Assembly: GCA_026984135.1 (NCBI GenBank)
Contig: JALSSR010000282.1
Location: forward strand, 1,930 to 65,929
Source: Bacteroidales bacterium
Lineage (GTDB): Bacteria > Bacteroidota > Bacteroidia > Bacteroidales > JAADJA01
Reading direction: 5' to 3'
DNA: 64,000 nt
The position numbers and the translations under genes were made by a program. The notes beneath the pieces were generated by a model. It saw only the letters and a list, made by a program, of their open reading frames with translations. It did not search any database and was not told where the DNA came from. Positions 47,174 through 56,821 of the stretch are shown one piece after another. Numbering within the stretch: the stretch's first letter is position 1; each line of letters opens with the position of its first letter.

Positions 47174-47205
47174 TAAATTTTATTATTCTTTAGGATTATA
47201 TCTTT

Positions 47206-48717
47206 ATGGTAACAGAATGGCAATACGATGTAGTAATTATCGGCAGCGGTCTCGGCGGTCTTTTGGCAGGCGCATTGCTGAGTAAAGAAGGATACAATGT
47301 CTGCATTGTCGAGAAAAATCCGGTTTTCGGAGGTAATTTGCAAACCTTCAGGCGTAATGGTGTTGTTTTCGATACGGGAATGCACTATTTCGGAAGCGCT
47401 GCAAAAGGACAGTTCATTTACAAACTTTTTAAATATCTTGGCATTTATGACTCCCTGAAACTGAAAAGACTTGATATTGACGGATTTGATATCCTTAATT
47501 TTAAAGATAGAGAGTACAAGTTTGCCCAGGGATTTGATAATTTTACCGACACTATCTCCTCATATTTTCCAACCGAAAGGGCTGCGGTAAAAAAGTTTAC
47601 CGAAACAATAAAAAAGGTTGGCTTTTCTGAAAACATGTTCAATCTCATTGCAAAAAATAATGAGGATTTTTTCAAAGTCGGTGAGCACTATTCTCAGAAT
47701 GCCTTTAAAGTAATTAGCTCTTTGACAGATGATTATGATTTGCGTAATGTTCTTGCAGGACTTAACGGACTTATCGGAGGAGGAAGGGATAAGACTAATA
47801 TGTTTGTTTTCGGGATGACCTATTATTCCTATATTGAAAGCGCCTGGAGATTTGTCGGTGGGTCTTCTCAGCTCACGGATGCCCTTGTAGGGGTTATTAA
47901 ACAATACGGTGGCACGGTTATAAACAATGCGAAGGTAACCGAAATTATTCTTAACGAGAAAAGAACAGTAGATTCATTAAGGACAGATAAAAATCTTATC
48001 GTTAAAGGAAAAAAGTTTATTTCAAACATTCATCCGGCAAATACAATTAACCTGCTACCAAAAAATTCACTTAGAAAAGTCTATGTCAACCGGATAAGAA
48101 GGTTGGAAAACAGCATCAGTATGTTTTCCGTTTATCTTGTACTTAAAGATAATATGGCAAAATATTTAAACTATAACTATTTTGATATTTTTACTGACTC
48201 TACTTGGGCTGATCATGAAGCGGGAATGGATAAATGGCCTCAGGGATATATACTTACATCCCAGGTTCCGGAGAGGGGAGGGGAATTTGTTTCGGGTATA
48301 ACCATAATGACTCCCGTTAATCCCAGGATTTTTGATAAATGGATTAATACAACAGTTGAAAAAAGAGGCGGGGAATATAAAGACTTTAAAAGTGAATTGG
48401 CGGAGAAGCTTCTGAAAAAAGTTTTTATGAGATTTCCTGAATTTCGTGCCGCCGCTAAAAAATATTATACGGCTACACCTCTGACGTTCAGGGATTATAC
48501 AGGTACACCTGACGGTTCGGCTTACGGATTAATAAAAGACAGTGAAAAACCCTTTGAAACACTTGTGCTGCCGAAGACACATATCAGAAATCTTTTTTTT
48601 ACAGGCCAGAATATCAATGTCCACGGATTGCTTGGTGTTTCTACCGGTTCGCTGTTAACCGTTTCATACATAACTGACATTAAAAGAATTATTAAGGAGA
48701 TTAATGATGCGGGATAA
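47206..48717 (+). CDS. FAD/NAD(P)-dependent oxidoreductase, phytoene-desaturase (CrtI-like) family
   Basis: 503 aa. YDVVIIGSGLGGLLAGALLSKEGYNVCIVEKN dinucleotide-binding fold and the C-terminal FFTGQN block. Confidence 0.8.
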   Translation: MVTEWQYDVVIIGSGLGGLLAGALLSKEGYNVCIVEKNPVFGGNLQTFRRNGVVFDTGMHYFGSAAKGQFIYKLFKYLGIYDSLKLKRLDIDGFDILNFKDREYKFAQGFDNFTDTISSYFPTERAAVKKFTETIKKVGFSENMFNLIAKNNEDFFKVGEHYSQNAFKVISSLTDDYDLRNVLAGLNGLIGGGRDKTNMFVFGMTYYSYIESAWRFVGGSSQLTDALVGVIKQYGGTVINNAKVTEIILNEKRTVDSLRTDKNLIVKGKKFISNIHPANTINLLPKNSLRKVYVNRIRRLENSISMFSVYLVLKDNMAKYLNYNYFDIFTDSTWADHEAGMDKWPQGYILTSQVPERGGEFVSGITIMTPVNPRIFDKWINTTVEKRGGEYKDFKSELAEKLLKKVFMRFPEFRAAAKKYYTATPLTFRDYTGTPDGSAYGLIKDSEKPFETLVLPKTHIRNLFFTGQNINVHGLLGVSTGSLLTVSYITDIKRIIKEINDAG

Positions 48718-50386
48718 AAAAGGCAACCGGTGGAGACGATTTCTGAAAATTTTGTTTGGAATAATTCTGTTTATTGTAATTTTATTCCTGATATTCAGAG
48801 AAACGGTTATAATTAACCCCCCTAAGATTGACGATAAAAACTTAACTGAATTGCAAAGACATAAAGTCAGTAATGATTATTTCAGAATAGGTGAGAATTT
48901 TCTTAAGCAAGATGATTCCGGTCTGTGGGAAATGTATGTTACCGGACACCCTTTCAAAAGGGGAGTCATTAACGGTAAATTATCCAAAGAGTTGATTCAT
49001 TATCAGGAAGAGGCTTTTATCAAAATGATAAAGGAACTGATTCCCAATGAATTTTATCTGAATTTCCTGAAATATTTTATAGCCTGGTTCGACCGTGACC
49101 TTGACGATTATGTTCCGTTGGAATATCAGAAGGAAATTTACGGAATTTCAATGAATGCAAGTCCCGATTTCGATTTCATCGGTACAGGATACCAGCGTAT
49201 GCTTAATTATCATGCCGCCCATGATATCGGTCATGCAATGCAAAATATGAATTTTGTAGCTTGTACTTCATTTGGCGTTTGGGATGAATTTTCAGCCGAC
49301 AGCTCTTTGTTAATAGGTAGAAATTTTGATTTTTATTCCGGTGATGATTTTGCAAAAAACAAAATTGTAGAGTTCGTTCGCCCTGCAAATGGGTATGAGT
49401 TCGCTTTTATTACCTGGGGCGGTTTTATCGGAGTGGTTTCCGGAATGAATATGCAAGGACTTACGGTTACTCTTAATGCTGCCAAATCGGATATTCCGGC
49501 AAAAGCAAAAACCCCCGTATCTATTGTCGGAAGAGCTATCCTGCAATATGCTAAGAATATTGACGAAGCTTTTGAAATTGCTAAAAAATATGAAACTTTT
49601 GTCTCCGAAACCTTTTTGATCGGTTCGGCAAATGACGGCTATGCGGCAATTATTGAAAAATCGTTGGATACAACCGTGCTTTTCAGGCTAAATAAGCACT
49701 ATATCATTGCCACTAACCATTTTCAGGATAAAGCTTTTGCAAAAACAAAACTGAATATTGAAAACCGTGAAAACGGAACATCGGTTTACAGGTATGAAAG
49801 GGTTGACGAGTTGATAAACGATTACGGAAAACTCAATTATTTGAAAGCCGCAGCATTGCTTAGAAACCAAAAGGGACTTCGCAACAGAGATATAGGAATG
49901 ACAAATGAAAAGGTTATCAATCAGTTGATTGCACATCATTCGGTTATCTTTAAACCGGAACAACGACTAATGTGGGTTTCGACACAACCCTTTCAACTTG
50001 GAAAATTTGTTTGTTACGACCTGAATAAGGTTTTTGCTGATAATGCAAATGCCGGAAAGGCTGACTTTACGGTTGATACATTGATGATTCCCGCCGATAA
50101 GTTCCTGTTTTCTGATAAATACAATGATTTCCTTTTTTACAAGAGTTTTGTGGAGAAGACAAAACGGGATAACTTTGACGGAATAACGGAAAGCGATTTG
50201 GAAAAGTTTATTGCTTCAAATCCTGAATTTTATTATACTTATGAAAAGGCCGGCGATTACTATCATTTTATTAAGGATGACAATAAATCGGTGGAATATT
50301 ATAATTTTGCCCTTCAAAAGGAGGTTTCTTCAAAAGCGGAAAGAGAAAAGATATTGAAAAAGATAGCGGATATAAAAAATAAATAA
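48704..50386 (+). CDS. C45-family (acyl-CoA:6-APA acyltransferase-like) Ntn-hydrolase-fold protein with C-terminal helical repeat
   Basis: 560 aa. N-terminal TM helix. FVACTSFGVW holds the candidate Ntn nucleophile Cys. 14-nt overlap with the upstream gene. Homologues of this type occur in flexirubin clusters (from memory). Confidence 0.65.
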   Translation: MMRDKKGNRWRRFLKILFGIILFIVILFLIFRETVIINPPKIDDKNLTELQRHKVSNDYFRIGENFLKQDDSGLWEMYVTGHPFKRGVINGKLSKELIHYQEEAFIKMIKELIPNEFYLNFLKYFIAWFDRDLDDYVPLEYQKEIYGISMNASPDFDFIGTGYQRMLNYHAAHDIGHAMQNMNFVACTSFGVWDEFSADSSLLIGRNFDFYSGDDFAKNKIVEFVRPANGYEFAFITWGGFIGVVSGMNMQGLTVTLNAAKSDIPAKAKTPVSIVGRAILQYAKNIDEAFEIAKKYETFVSETFLIGSANDGYAAIIEKSLDTTVLFRLNKHYIIATNHFQDKAFAKTKLNIENRENGTSVYRYERVDELINDYGKLNYLKAAALLRNQKGLRNRDIGMTNEKVINQLIAHHSVIFKPEQRLMWVSTQPFQLGKFVCYDLNKVFADNANAGKADFTVDTLMIPADKFLFSDKYNDFLFYKSFVEKTKRDNFDGITESDLEKFIASNPEFYYTYEKAGDYYHFIKDDNKSVEYYNFALQKEVSSKAEREKILKKIADIKNK

Positions 50387-50407
50387 TAACTGAAAAAAAA
50401 TATTTGT

Positions 50408-51715
50408 GTGATACCGGAAATTGAATTAAAAAGCAGGGAAGAGATAAAAGCATTTCAGGAAGAAAAACTACGGGAATTACTCGGCTATTTGTCTGAGAAG
50501 TCTCCGTATTATTCCGAAATGTTCAAAGAGAATAATATAGATATACGTTCAATAAAAAAGCTGGAAGATCTGACAAAAATTCCGGTTACCACGAAGGATG
50601 ATCTGCAAAAGCGCACCAAAGATTTTATCTGTATTGCAAAAAATAAGATTGTTGACTACAATACAACTTCGGGTACACTTGGCGACCCGGTCACTTTCGT
50701 ACTTTCCGATAAAGACCTTGACCGCCTTGCGTATAATGAATTTATATCACTCTCTTGCAGCAACGGCACTCCCGACGATATTTATCAAATGATGGTAACC
50801 ATTGACCGCAGATTTATGGCCGGAATAGCTTATTATCTCGGGTTGAGACGAATGGGTGCCGGAATTGTGCGTGTCGGTCCGGGGAATGCCCAGCTACAAT
50901 TTGATACTATGGTACGGATAAATCCTACTGCATTGATTGCCGTCCCTTCATTTTTGATAAAATTGATCGAATATGCCGAAAGAAACGGTATTGATATTAA
51001 TTCCACTTCGGTGAAAAAAGCCGTATGCATCGGCGAACCTATCAGGAATAGTGACTTTTCACTTAACACTCTTGGGAAAAGGATAAAAGCAAAATGGGAT
51101 ATTGAAATATATTCCACCTATGCTTCAACGGAAATGGGAACGGCGTTCAATGAATGTGAGTATGGTGTGGGTGGTCATCATCATCCCGAACTGATAATTG
51201 TTGAGTTTTTGGATGATAATAATGAACCTGTTGCAGATAATGAACCCGGTGAGGTAGTTATCACAACCCTCGGTGTGGAGGCTATGCCCCTGTTGAGATT
51301 TAAAACAGGTGATATTTGCTATCATTTCAAAGAACCCTGCAAATGCGGTAGGACGACCTTAAGAATAGGACCTGTCTTGGGCAGAAAACAACAAATGATA
51401 AAATACAAGGGTACAACTCTCTATCCATCAATAATTTATGATATTTTAAATGAAATTGATTTTATTGAAAATTATTTTATTGAGGTTTCTACCGGAGCCC
51501 TCGGAACGGATGAACTGTTAATAAAAGTGGGTGGAAAATCCGGAATAAAAAATGCGGAAAAACAGATAAAGGACAGGTTCAGGGCAAAAATGAGAGTGGC
51601 TCCCGAAATTGAAATTATTAGCCCCGCAGAAATAAAAAAACTTCAAATGATTGATGTTAACCGAAAACCTCGTATTTTTGCAGATAAAAGAGGATTAAAT
51701 AGCTATGACGGATAA
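50408..51715 (+). CDS. adenylate-forming CoA ligase, phenylacetate-CoA ligase (PaaK/F390 synthetase) family
   Basis: 435 aa, GTG start. TTSGTLGDP (AMP-binding P-loop variant), YSTYASTEMG and RFKTGD blocks. Confidence 0.8.
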   Translation: MIPEIELKSREEIKAFQEEKLRELLGYLSEKSPYYSEMFKENNIDIRSIKKLEDLTKIPVTTKDDLQKRTKDFICIAKNKIVDYNTTSGTLGDPVTFVLSDKDLDRLAYNEFISLSCSNGTPDDIYQMMVTIDRRFMAGIAYYLGLRRMGAGIVRVGPGNAQLQFDTMVRINPTALIAVPSFLIKLIEYAERNGIDINSTSVKKAVCIGEPIRNSDFSLNTLGKRIKAKWDIEIYSTYASTEMGTAFNECEYGVGGHHHPELIIVEFLDDNNEPVADNEPGEVVITTLGVEAMPLLRFKTGDICYHFKEPCKCGRTTLRIGPVLGRKQQMIKYKGTTLYPSIIYDILNEIDFIENYFIEVSTGALGTDELLIKVGGKSGIKNAEKQIKDRFRAKMRVAPEIEIISPAEIKKLQMIDVNRKPRIFADKRGLNSYDG

Positions 51716-51830
51716 AACAGGAATAAAAATAAATTAAAAGTTATATAGTGCTATGCTATATAATGCTTTGCATGCTTTTTAATCTGTAATTTAAATAATT
51801 TGAAAATATAAATTGAAAAAACAAATAACA

Positions 51831-52466
51831 ATGAAAAAATTTACAGTTTTATTAATCGGCCTTTTTTTCACCGTTAACCTGTTTTCACAGGATATGAGTG
51901 AAATTTTTCAAACGGAAAAAGCAACCTGGTTCGGGCTTGACTATTCCGAAGCCTATTTTATCGGATCCGAAGGTTTTACAAATCCTTCGGATATTAAAGA
52001 CAGATATTTTAATTCTTGGAATCTTTTGATTAAAAACGAATACGAAAAATATAACCTCGGTAAGTTTTTCAAAAAGTCAAAAGTGGAAATTTCTTTGGAT
52101 AATGTTAACGCCGTAAATCAGGAAGTTAATATTTATGACCGGGTTATTGACGATAACGGTAAAATGCTCCATCTCGACGATGCCAAAGTTCAGGAAATGA
52201 TAAATAAATATAATTTTACCGAAGATCAGGAAGGGCTTGGAATTGTATTTATCGTTGAGAGTTACAGTAAAACGGCTGTTATTGCCAATTATTTTGTGAC
52301 CTTTTTCGATATAAAAACAAAAAAAGTTCTCCTGACCGAAAGAATGGAGGGAAAACCCGGCGGCTTCGGATTGAGAAATTATTGGGCAAGAAGTTATTAT
52401 AATGTTTTTAATACCATTTATAAAAAACGCTATAAAGCCTGGGCGAAGAAATACAATAAAAAGTAA
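51831..52466 (+). CDS. hypothetical secreted protein
   Basis: ATG at 51831 preferred over the TTG at 51813. Signal peptide MKKFTVLLIGLFFTVNLFSQ. No family recognised. Confidence 0.55.
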   Translation: MKKFTVLLIGLFFTVNLFSQDMSEIFQTEKATWFGLDYSEAYFIGSEGFTNPSDIKDRYFNSWNLLIKNEYEKYNLGKFFKKSKVEISLDNVNAVNQEVNIYDRVIDDNGKMLHLDDAKVQEMINKYNFTEDQEGLGIVFIVESYSKTAVIANYFVTFFDIKTKKVLLTERMEGKPGGFGLRNYWARSYYNVFNTIYKKRYKAWAKKYNKK

Positions 52467-52478
52467 CTCTGCTGTTTG

Positions 52479-54017
52479 ATGTACACTGTCGGAAGTAAAA
52501 ATATAACACCTGATGATTTTTATGATATTCTTTATAAGGGGATTAAAATAGAAATATCTGCGCAAGCATTGGAACGTGTTGATCTGAGTTTTAATTTTCT
52601 GAAAGAGTTTTCAAAAGAAAAGATCATTTACGGGATAAACACTGGCTTTGGGCCTATGGCTCAATATGCGATAGAGGATGCCAATCAGATTCAACTTCAA
52701 TATAATCTTATCAAAAGTCACGCTTCTGGAGTGGGAGATACTATTCCTCCTGTTGAGATAAAAGCAGCAATGATTGTTATGCTAAACAATCTGCTTCAGG
52801 GCTATTCGGGTGTGCATCAAAGTGTTGTTAATTTGCTTGCTGAGTTCATAAACAGGGATATAATACCCTTTGTTCCCGAACATGGTGGCGTTGGAGCCAG
52901 CGGTGACCTTGTTCAACTGGCACATATTGCTCTTTGTTTGATTGGCGAAGGAGAAGTTTATTATAAGGGCCGGTTATCGAACACAACGGAAGTTTTTAAC
53001 AGCACCGGGCTTAAACCCGTTGAAATACACATTCGTGAAGGTTTGGCATTAATGAACGGAACTTCGGTTATGACCGGTATTAGTATTGTCAATGCATTAA
53101 AAGCCCGTCGCTTGATCAACTGGTCGTTGATAGCCTCGGCATTCATCAATCAGATTGTTCAATCCTTTGACGATTACTATTCCGAAGAGCTTAACAGCGT
53201 TAAAAAGCATAAAGGACAGCAATATATCTCCCGGAAAATAAGATGGCTCGAAGAGGGTAGTAAACGAATTAAAAAAAGAGAAAGTGAGTTTTATAACGGA
53301 AACGGATTTCAATCAAAAATTTCCACAAGAGTTCAGGAGTACTATTCAATAAGGTGTGTTCCGCAAATCCTGGGACCGGTATATGAAGCAATTGAAAATG
53401 CAATTGCAGTGTTTATTAATGAAGCTAACTCGGTTCACGATAATCCGGTCATAAATTATAAAACCGGAAACGTTTATCACGGTGGTAATTTTCACGGCGA
53501 TTATGTCTCTTTTGAATCGGATAAACTGAAAATTGCCGTTACAAAACTCTCTATGATAACTGAAAGACAACTGAATTTCCTGATGAATGATAAACTGAAT
53601 AAAATTTTACCTCCGTTTGTCAATCTAGGAACTTTGGGATTGAATCTTGGGATGCAGGGAGTGCAGTTTACTGCAACTTCAACCACTGCTGAAAATCAAA
53701 CTCTTTCTTTTCCGATGTATCTTCATAGTATCCCGAATAATAATGATAATCAGGATATTGTGAGTATGGGAACAAATTCTGCCCTGATAACCAAAAAGGT
53801 TATTAATAATGCTTTTCAGGTTATGTCAATAGAATTGATTGCACTATTGCAAGCAATTGATTATCTTGATATTGTATCGGATTTGTCGGAGAAAACCAAA
53901 ACAGTATATAATGATTTGAGACAAATAGTTCCCAAATTTATTGAAGATTCACCAAAATATTCGGATATCGAAAACATAAATAATTTTATTCAAAATAATT
54001 GTGTAAAAGGATTTTAA
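52479..54017 (+). CDS. aromatic amino acid ammonia-lyase (HAL/PAL/TAL family; likely tyrosine ammonia-lyase of the flexirubin/APE pathway)
   Basis: MIO-forming GGVGASGDLVQLAH, YGINTGFGPMAQY, REGLALMNGTSVMTG, YSIRCVPQILGP, VYHGGNFHGDY and SIPNNNDNQDIVSMG. These blocks match my recollection of the Flavobacterium johnsoniae TAL. The gene context is polyketide-type, not hut. Confidence 0.8.
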   Translation: MYTVGSKNITPDDFYDILYKGIKIEISAQALERVDLSFNFLKEFSKEKIIYGINTGFGPMAQYAIEDANQIQLQYNLIKSHASGVGDTIPPVEIKAAMIVMLNNLLQGYSGVHQSVVNLLAEFINRDIIPFVPEHGGVGASGDLVQLAHIALCLIGEGEVYYKGRLSNTTEVFNSTGLKPVEIHIREGLALMNGTSVMTGISIVNALKARRLINWSLIASAFINQIVQSFDDYYSEELNSVKKHKGQQYISRKIRWLEEGSKRIKKRESEFYNGNGFQSKISTRVQEYYSIRCVPQILGPVYEAIENAIAVFINEANSVHDNPVINYKTGNVYHGGNFHGDYVSFESDKLKIAVTKLSMITERQLNFLMNDKLNKILPPFVNLGTLGLNLGMQGVQFTATSTTAENQTLSFPMYLHSIPNNNDNQDIVSMGTNSALITKKVINNAFQVMSIELIALLQAIDYLDIVSDLSEKTKTVYNDLRQIVPKFIEDSPKYSDIENINNFIQNNCVKGF

Positions 54018-54032
54018 GAAACTGATAAGAAT

Positions 54033-54761
54033 ATGAGAAACGCATTAGTAACAGGAGGTTCGGGAGGTATTGGACAAGCAATTTGTATTAAACTTGCTTC
54101 CTCCGGTTTTCATGTTCTGGTTCATTATAACAGAAACGAAGCAGGTGCAGAAGAAACTTTAAAAACGATTGAGGAAGCCGGAGGTTCGGCTGAGATTACG
54201 GGATTTGATATCGGCAGTAAGAAAGAAATCAATGATTTTTATGAGTCGTTTAAAAAAGATCATCCCGGTGAATATATTGACGTATTGGTTAACAATGCCG
54301 GGAAAAGTGCCGATAATCTAATGATCTTTATGTCGGATGAGGAATGGGAAAGTGTGATTGACATAAACCTGAACGGATTTTTCTATTTGACCAAAGCATT
54401 GTTGAAAGACATGATTGTTAAAAAGTACGGCAGGATAATCAATGTTGTCTCCCTTTCGGGAATAAAAGGGTTGCCCGGACAAACGAACTATTCGGCTGCA
54501 AAAGCAGGTGTGATTGCCGCAACCAAAGCTTTGGCACAGGAGGTTGGGAAAAAGCACGTTACCGTTAATGCTGTGGCTCCGGGATATATTAAAACAAAAA
54601 TGACCGAAAACCTTGATGAAAGTCAATTGAAAAAATTCATCCCTCTTAACCGGTTCGGTTTACCTGATGAAGTGGCTGAAGTTGTTGAGTTTTTAGCTTC
54701 CGACAGGTCTTCCTATATCACGGGTGAAGTAATTTCAGTTAACGGAGGTATCTATACTTAG
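54033..54761 (+). CDS. fabG: 3-oxoacyl-ACP reductase (SDR, FabG-like)
   Basis: 242 aa. ALVTGGSGGIGQAI, NNAG, YSAAKAG catalytic Tyr/Lys and PGYIKT. Confidence 0.88.
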   Translation: MRNALVTGGSGGIGQAICIKLASSGFHVLVHYNRNEAGAEETLKTIEEAGGSAEITGFDIGSKKEINDFYESFKKDHPGEYIDVLVNNAGKSADNLMIFMSDEEWESVIDINLNGFFYLTKALLKDMIVKKYGRIINVVSLSGIKGLPGQTNYSAAKAGVIAATKALAQEVGKKHVTVNAVAPGYIKTKMTENLDESQLKKFIPLNRFGLPDEVAEVVEFLASDRSSYITGEVISVNGGIYT

Positions 54762-54798
54762 ATGAGTTTTCGGTATTAAAAAATTGTAAAACTTTATT

Positions 54799-54806
54799 TA
54801 TATTTG
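54799..54806 (+). promoter_or_regulatory. Bacteroidota -7 promoter box (TAnnTTTG)
   Basis: TATATTTG, 17 nt upstream of the ATG at 54824. Confidence 0.45.
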
Positions 54807-54823
54807 CAACAAATTTAACATCT

Positions 54824-55132
54824 ATGATTCAACAGGTTATATATGATAAACTTTCGGAAGTCAGACGATTATTAAAAGAGAATAAAGTTAAGCGTGCTTA
54901 TTTATTTGGTTCGGTTTGTAGTAATAATTTTAAAGAGCAAAGTGATGTGGATTTTTTAGTTTCTTTTAATGATAATTTGGACCCGATTGAATATGGCGAA
55001 AATTATTTTAAATTATTGTACGCTCTTCAAAATTTACTGAAAAGAGATGTAGATATTGTTGCTGAAGAAACACTTTCAAACCCATACTTAATTAATTCAA
55101 TTAATAAAACGAAAGTGTTATTGTATGAGTGA
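54824..55132 (+). CDS. MNT-type nucleotidyltransferase antitoxin
   Basis: 102 aa. GSVCSNNFKEQSDVDFLV fits the GSx10DxD minimal nucleotidyltransferase motif. Its stop overlaps the ATG of the following HepT-like reading frame (ATGAGTGA). Confidence 0.8.
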   Translation: MIQQVIYDKLSEVRRLLKENKVKRAYLFGSVCSNNFKEQSDVDFLVSFNDNLDPIEYGENYFKLLYALQNLLKRDVDIVAEETLSNPYLINSINKTKVLLYE

Positions 55133-55464
55133 TGAAGAAAAAAAATATTTGACTGACATTTTTACAGCAATTGAATCTATTGATTTCCATATTGGTAAAA
55201 AAAAGATATTTAATGAATATATTAATAATAAAACAATTAGAAGGGGCAGTAGAGAGGGAACTTGAAATAATTGGTGAAGCCACAGGAAGATTGCTAAAGC
55301 TAAATCCGGATATTAATATTTCTTATGCAAGAGTGATCGTTGATTTAAGAAATAAAGTTATTCATGCTTATGATGAAGTGAATCATATGGTGCTATGGAA
55401 AATTATTATAAAAGATTTGCCGGTATTAAAATCCGAGGTTTCAAAATTACTTATTGACCACTAA
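55125..55464 (+). pseudogene. HepT (DUF86) RNase toxin gene, disrupted by a +1 frameshift
   Basis: Frame A runs 55125-55265 (MSDEEKKYLTDIFTAIESIDFHIGKKKIFNEYINNKTIRRGSREGT*). Frame B (the track ORF from 55171) carries ..QLEGAVERELEIIGEATGRLLK..DLRNKVIHAYDEV (Rx4HxY). Removing one A from the A4 run at 55230-55233 would join them into a 112-aa DUF86 protein. Confidence 0.7.
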
Positions 55465-55475
55465 TTTTATTTTAA

Positions 55476-56693
55476 ATGAACAGGGTTGTAATAACAGGAA
55501 TAGGAATTTATTCAACGATTGGATTGAATCTGGACGAGGTCAGAGATTCTCTATACAATGGAAAGTCGGGAATTGGTATTGATGAGTACAGAAAAGAGTT
55601 GGGTTTTATATCACCGCTGACGGGAGTCATTGAGAGACCGAAACTGAAAGGTGTTATTCCGAGAAGGATGCGTGTGGGTATGGCTGAGCAGGGCGAATAT
55701 GCTTATATGTCAACGGTGGAAGCATTGAAAAATGCAAATATTGATGAAGAGTATATTGAAAAAACCAAAGCCGGTATCATCTTCGGGAACGACAGTTCCG
55801 CTGTGCCAGTGGTTGAAGCTGCCGATACAATACGAGAAAAAAAAGATACTACGCTTGTGGGCTCCGGTTCGGTTTTCCAGTCAATGAACTCAACGGTTAC
55901 CATGAACCTTGCGGTTATTTTTAAACTTAAAGGAATAAATTTTACGGTAAGTGCTGCCTGCGCAAGCGGCTCACATTCGATAGGACTTGGATATCACTTG
56001 ATTAAGAGTGGTTTACAAAACATGATCATTTGCGGTGGAGCTCAGGAGATAAATGCAATGTCAATGGGAAGCTTTGACGGACTGATGGCTTTCTCAAAAA
56101 GAGTTGATGCCCCGCAAAAAGCCTCCCGACCCTTTGATGCTAACCGTGACGGACTTGTTCCGAGCGGCGGTGCTGCAACGGTTATTCTGGAAAGCTATGA
56201 ATCGGCTGTTAAAAGAGGTGCACCCATACTCGGAGAGATTATCGGATACGGATTCTCATCCAACGGCGACCACATAACTGTTCCCAATGTTGAAGGCCCC
56301 GCAACCTCTCTCGAAATGAGTATAAAGCAAGCGGGTATTACTGCCAAAGAGATTGATTATATCAATGCGCATGCCACTTCAACTCCAGTTGGTGATAAAA
56401 TGGAAGCTCAGGCTATTTATAAGGTTTTCGGAGATTTGAAAACACCTGTAAGCTCTACAAAAGCAATGACAGGTCACGAAATGTGGATGGGCGGTGCCAG
56501 CGAAATAGTCTATTCGTTGATTATGATGCACAACTCCTTTATTGCTCCCAACATTAATTTTGAAACACCGGATGAATTTTCCTCCAAACTTAATATTATT
56601 GATAAAACAGTAAATAAAAACATTAATATGTTTTTGTCAAACTCTTTCGGCTTTGGTGGTACCAACTCTTCGCTTGTGGTAAAAAGGATTTAA
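55476..56693 (+). CDS. beta-ketoacyl-ACP synthase (FabB/FabF-type KS)
   Basis: 405 aa. Active-site SAACASGSHSIG (Cys), NAHATSTPVGD (His), TGHEMWMGGA (His). Confidence 0.9.
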   Translation: MNRVVITGIGIYSTIGLNLDEVRDSLYNGKSGIGIDEYRKELGFISPLTGVIERPKLKGVIPRRMRVGMAEQGEYAYMSTVEALKNANIDEEYIEKTKAGIIFGNDSSAVPVVEAADTIREKKDTTLVGSGSVFQSMNSTVTMNLAVIFKLKGINFTVSAACASGSHSIGLGYHLIKSGLQNMIICGGAQEINAMSMGSFDGLMAFSKRVDAPQKASRPFDANRDGLVPSGGAATVILESYESAVKRGAPILGEIIGYGFSSNGDHITVPNVEGPATSLEMSIKQAGITAKEIDYINAHATSTPVGDKMEAQAIYKVFGDLKTPVSSTKAMTGHEMWMGGASEIVYSLIMMHNSFIAPNINFETPDEFSSKLNIIDKTVNKNINMFLSNSFGFGGTNSSLVVKRI

Positions 56694-56749
56694 AATCAAA
56701 TAATTAAGGTAAATTTTCTCAGGTTCGCTGTTATTTCAAAAATTTATTC

Positions 56750-56757
56750 TACTTTTG
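56750..56757 (+). promoter_or_regulatory. Bacteroidota -7 promoter box (TAnnTTTG)
   Basis: TACTTTTG, 64 nt upstream of the ACP ATG at 56822. Confidence 0.4.
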
Positions 56758-56821
56758 CGCATTCATTGGGTTTTTGCTAATTTTAACTCATTTTTAATAC
56801 GAAAAACGGTTTAATTGATAT

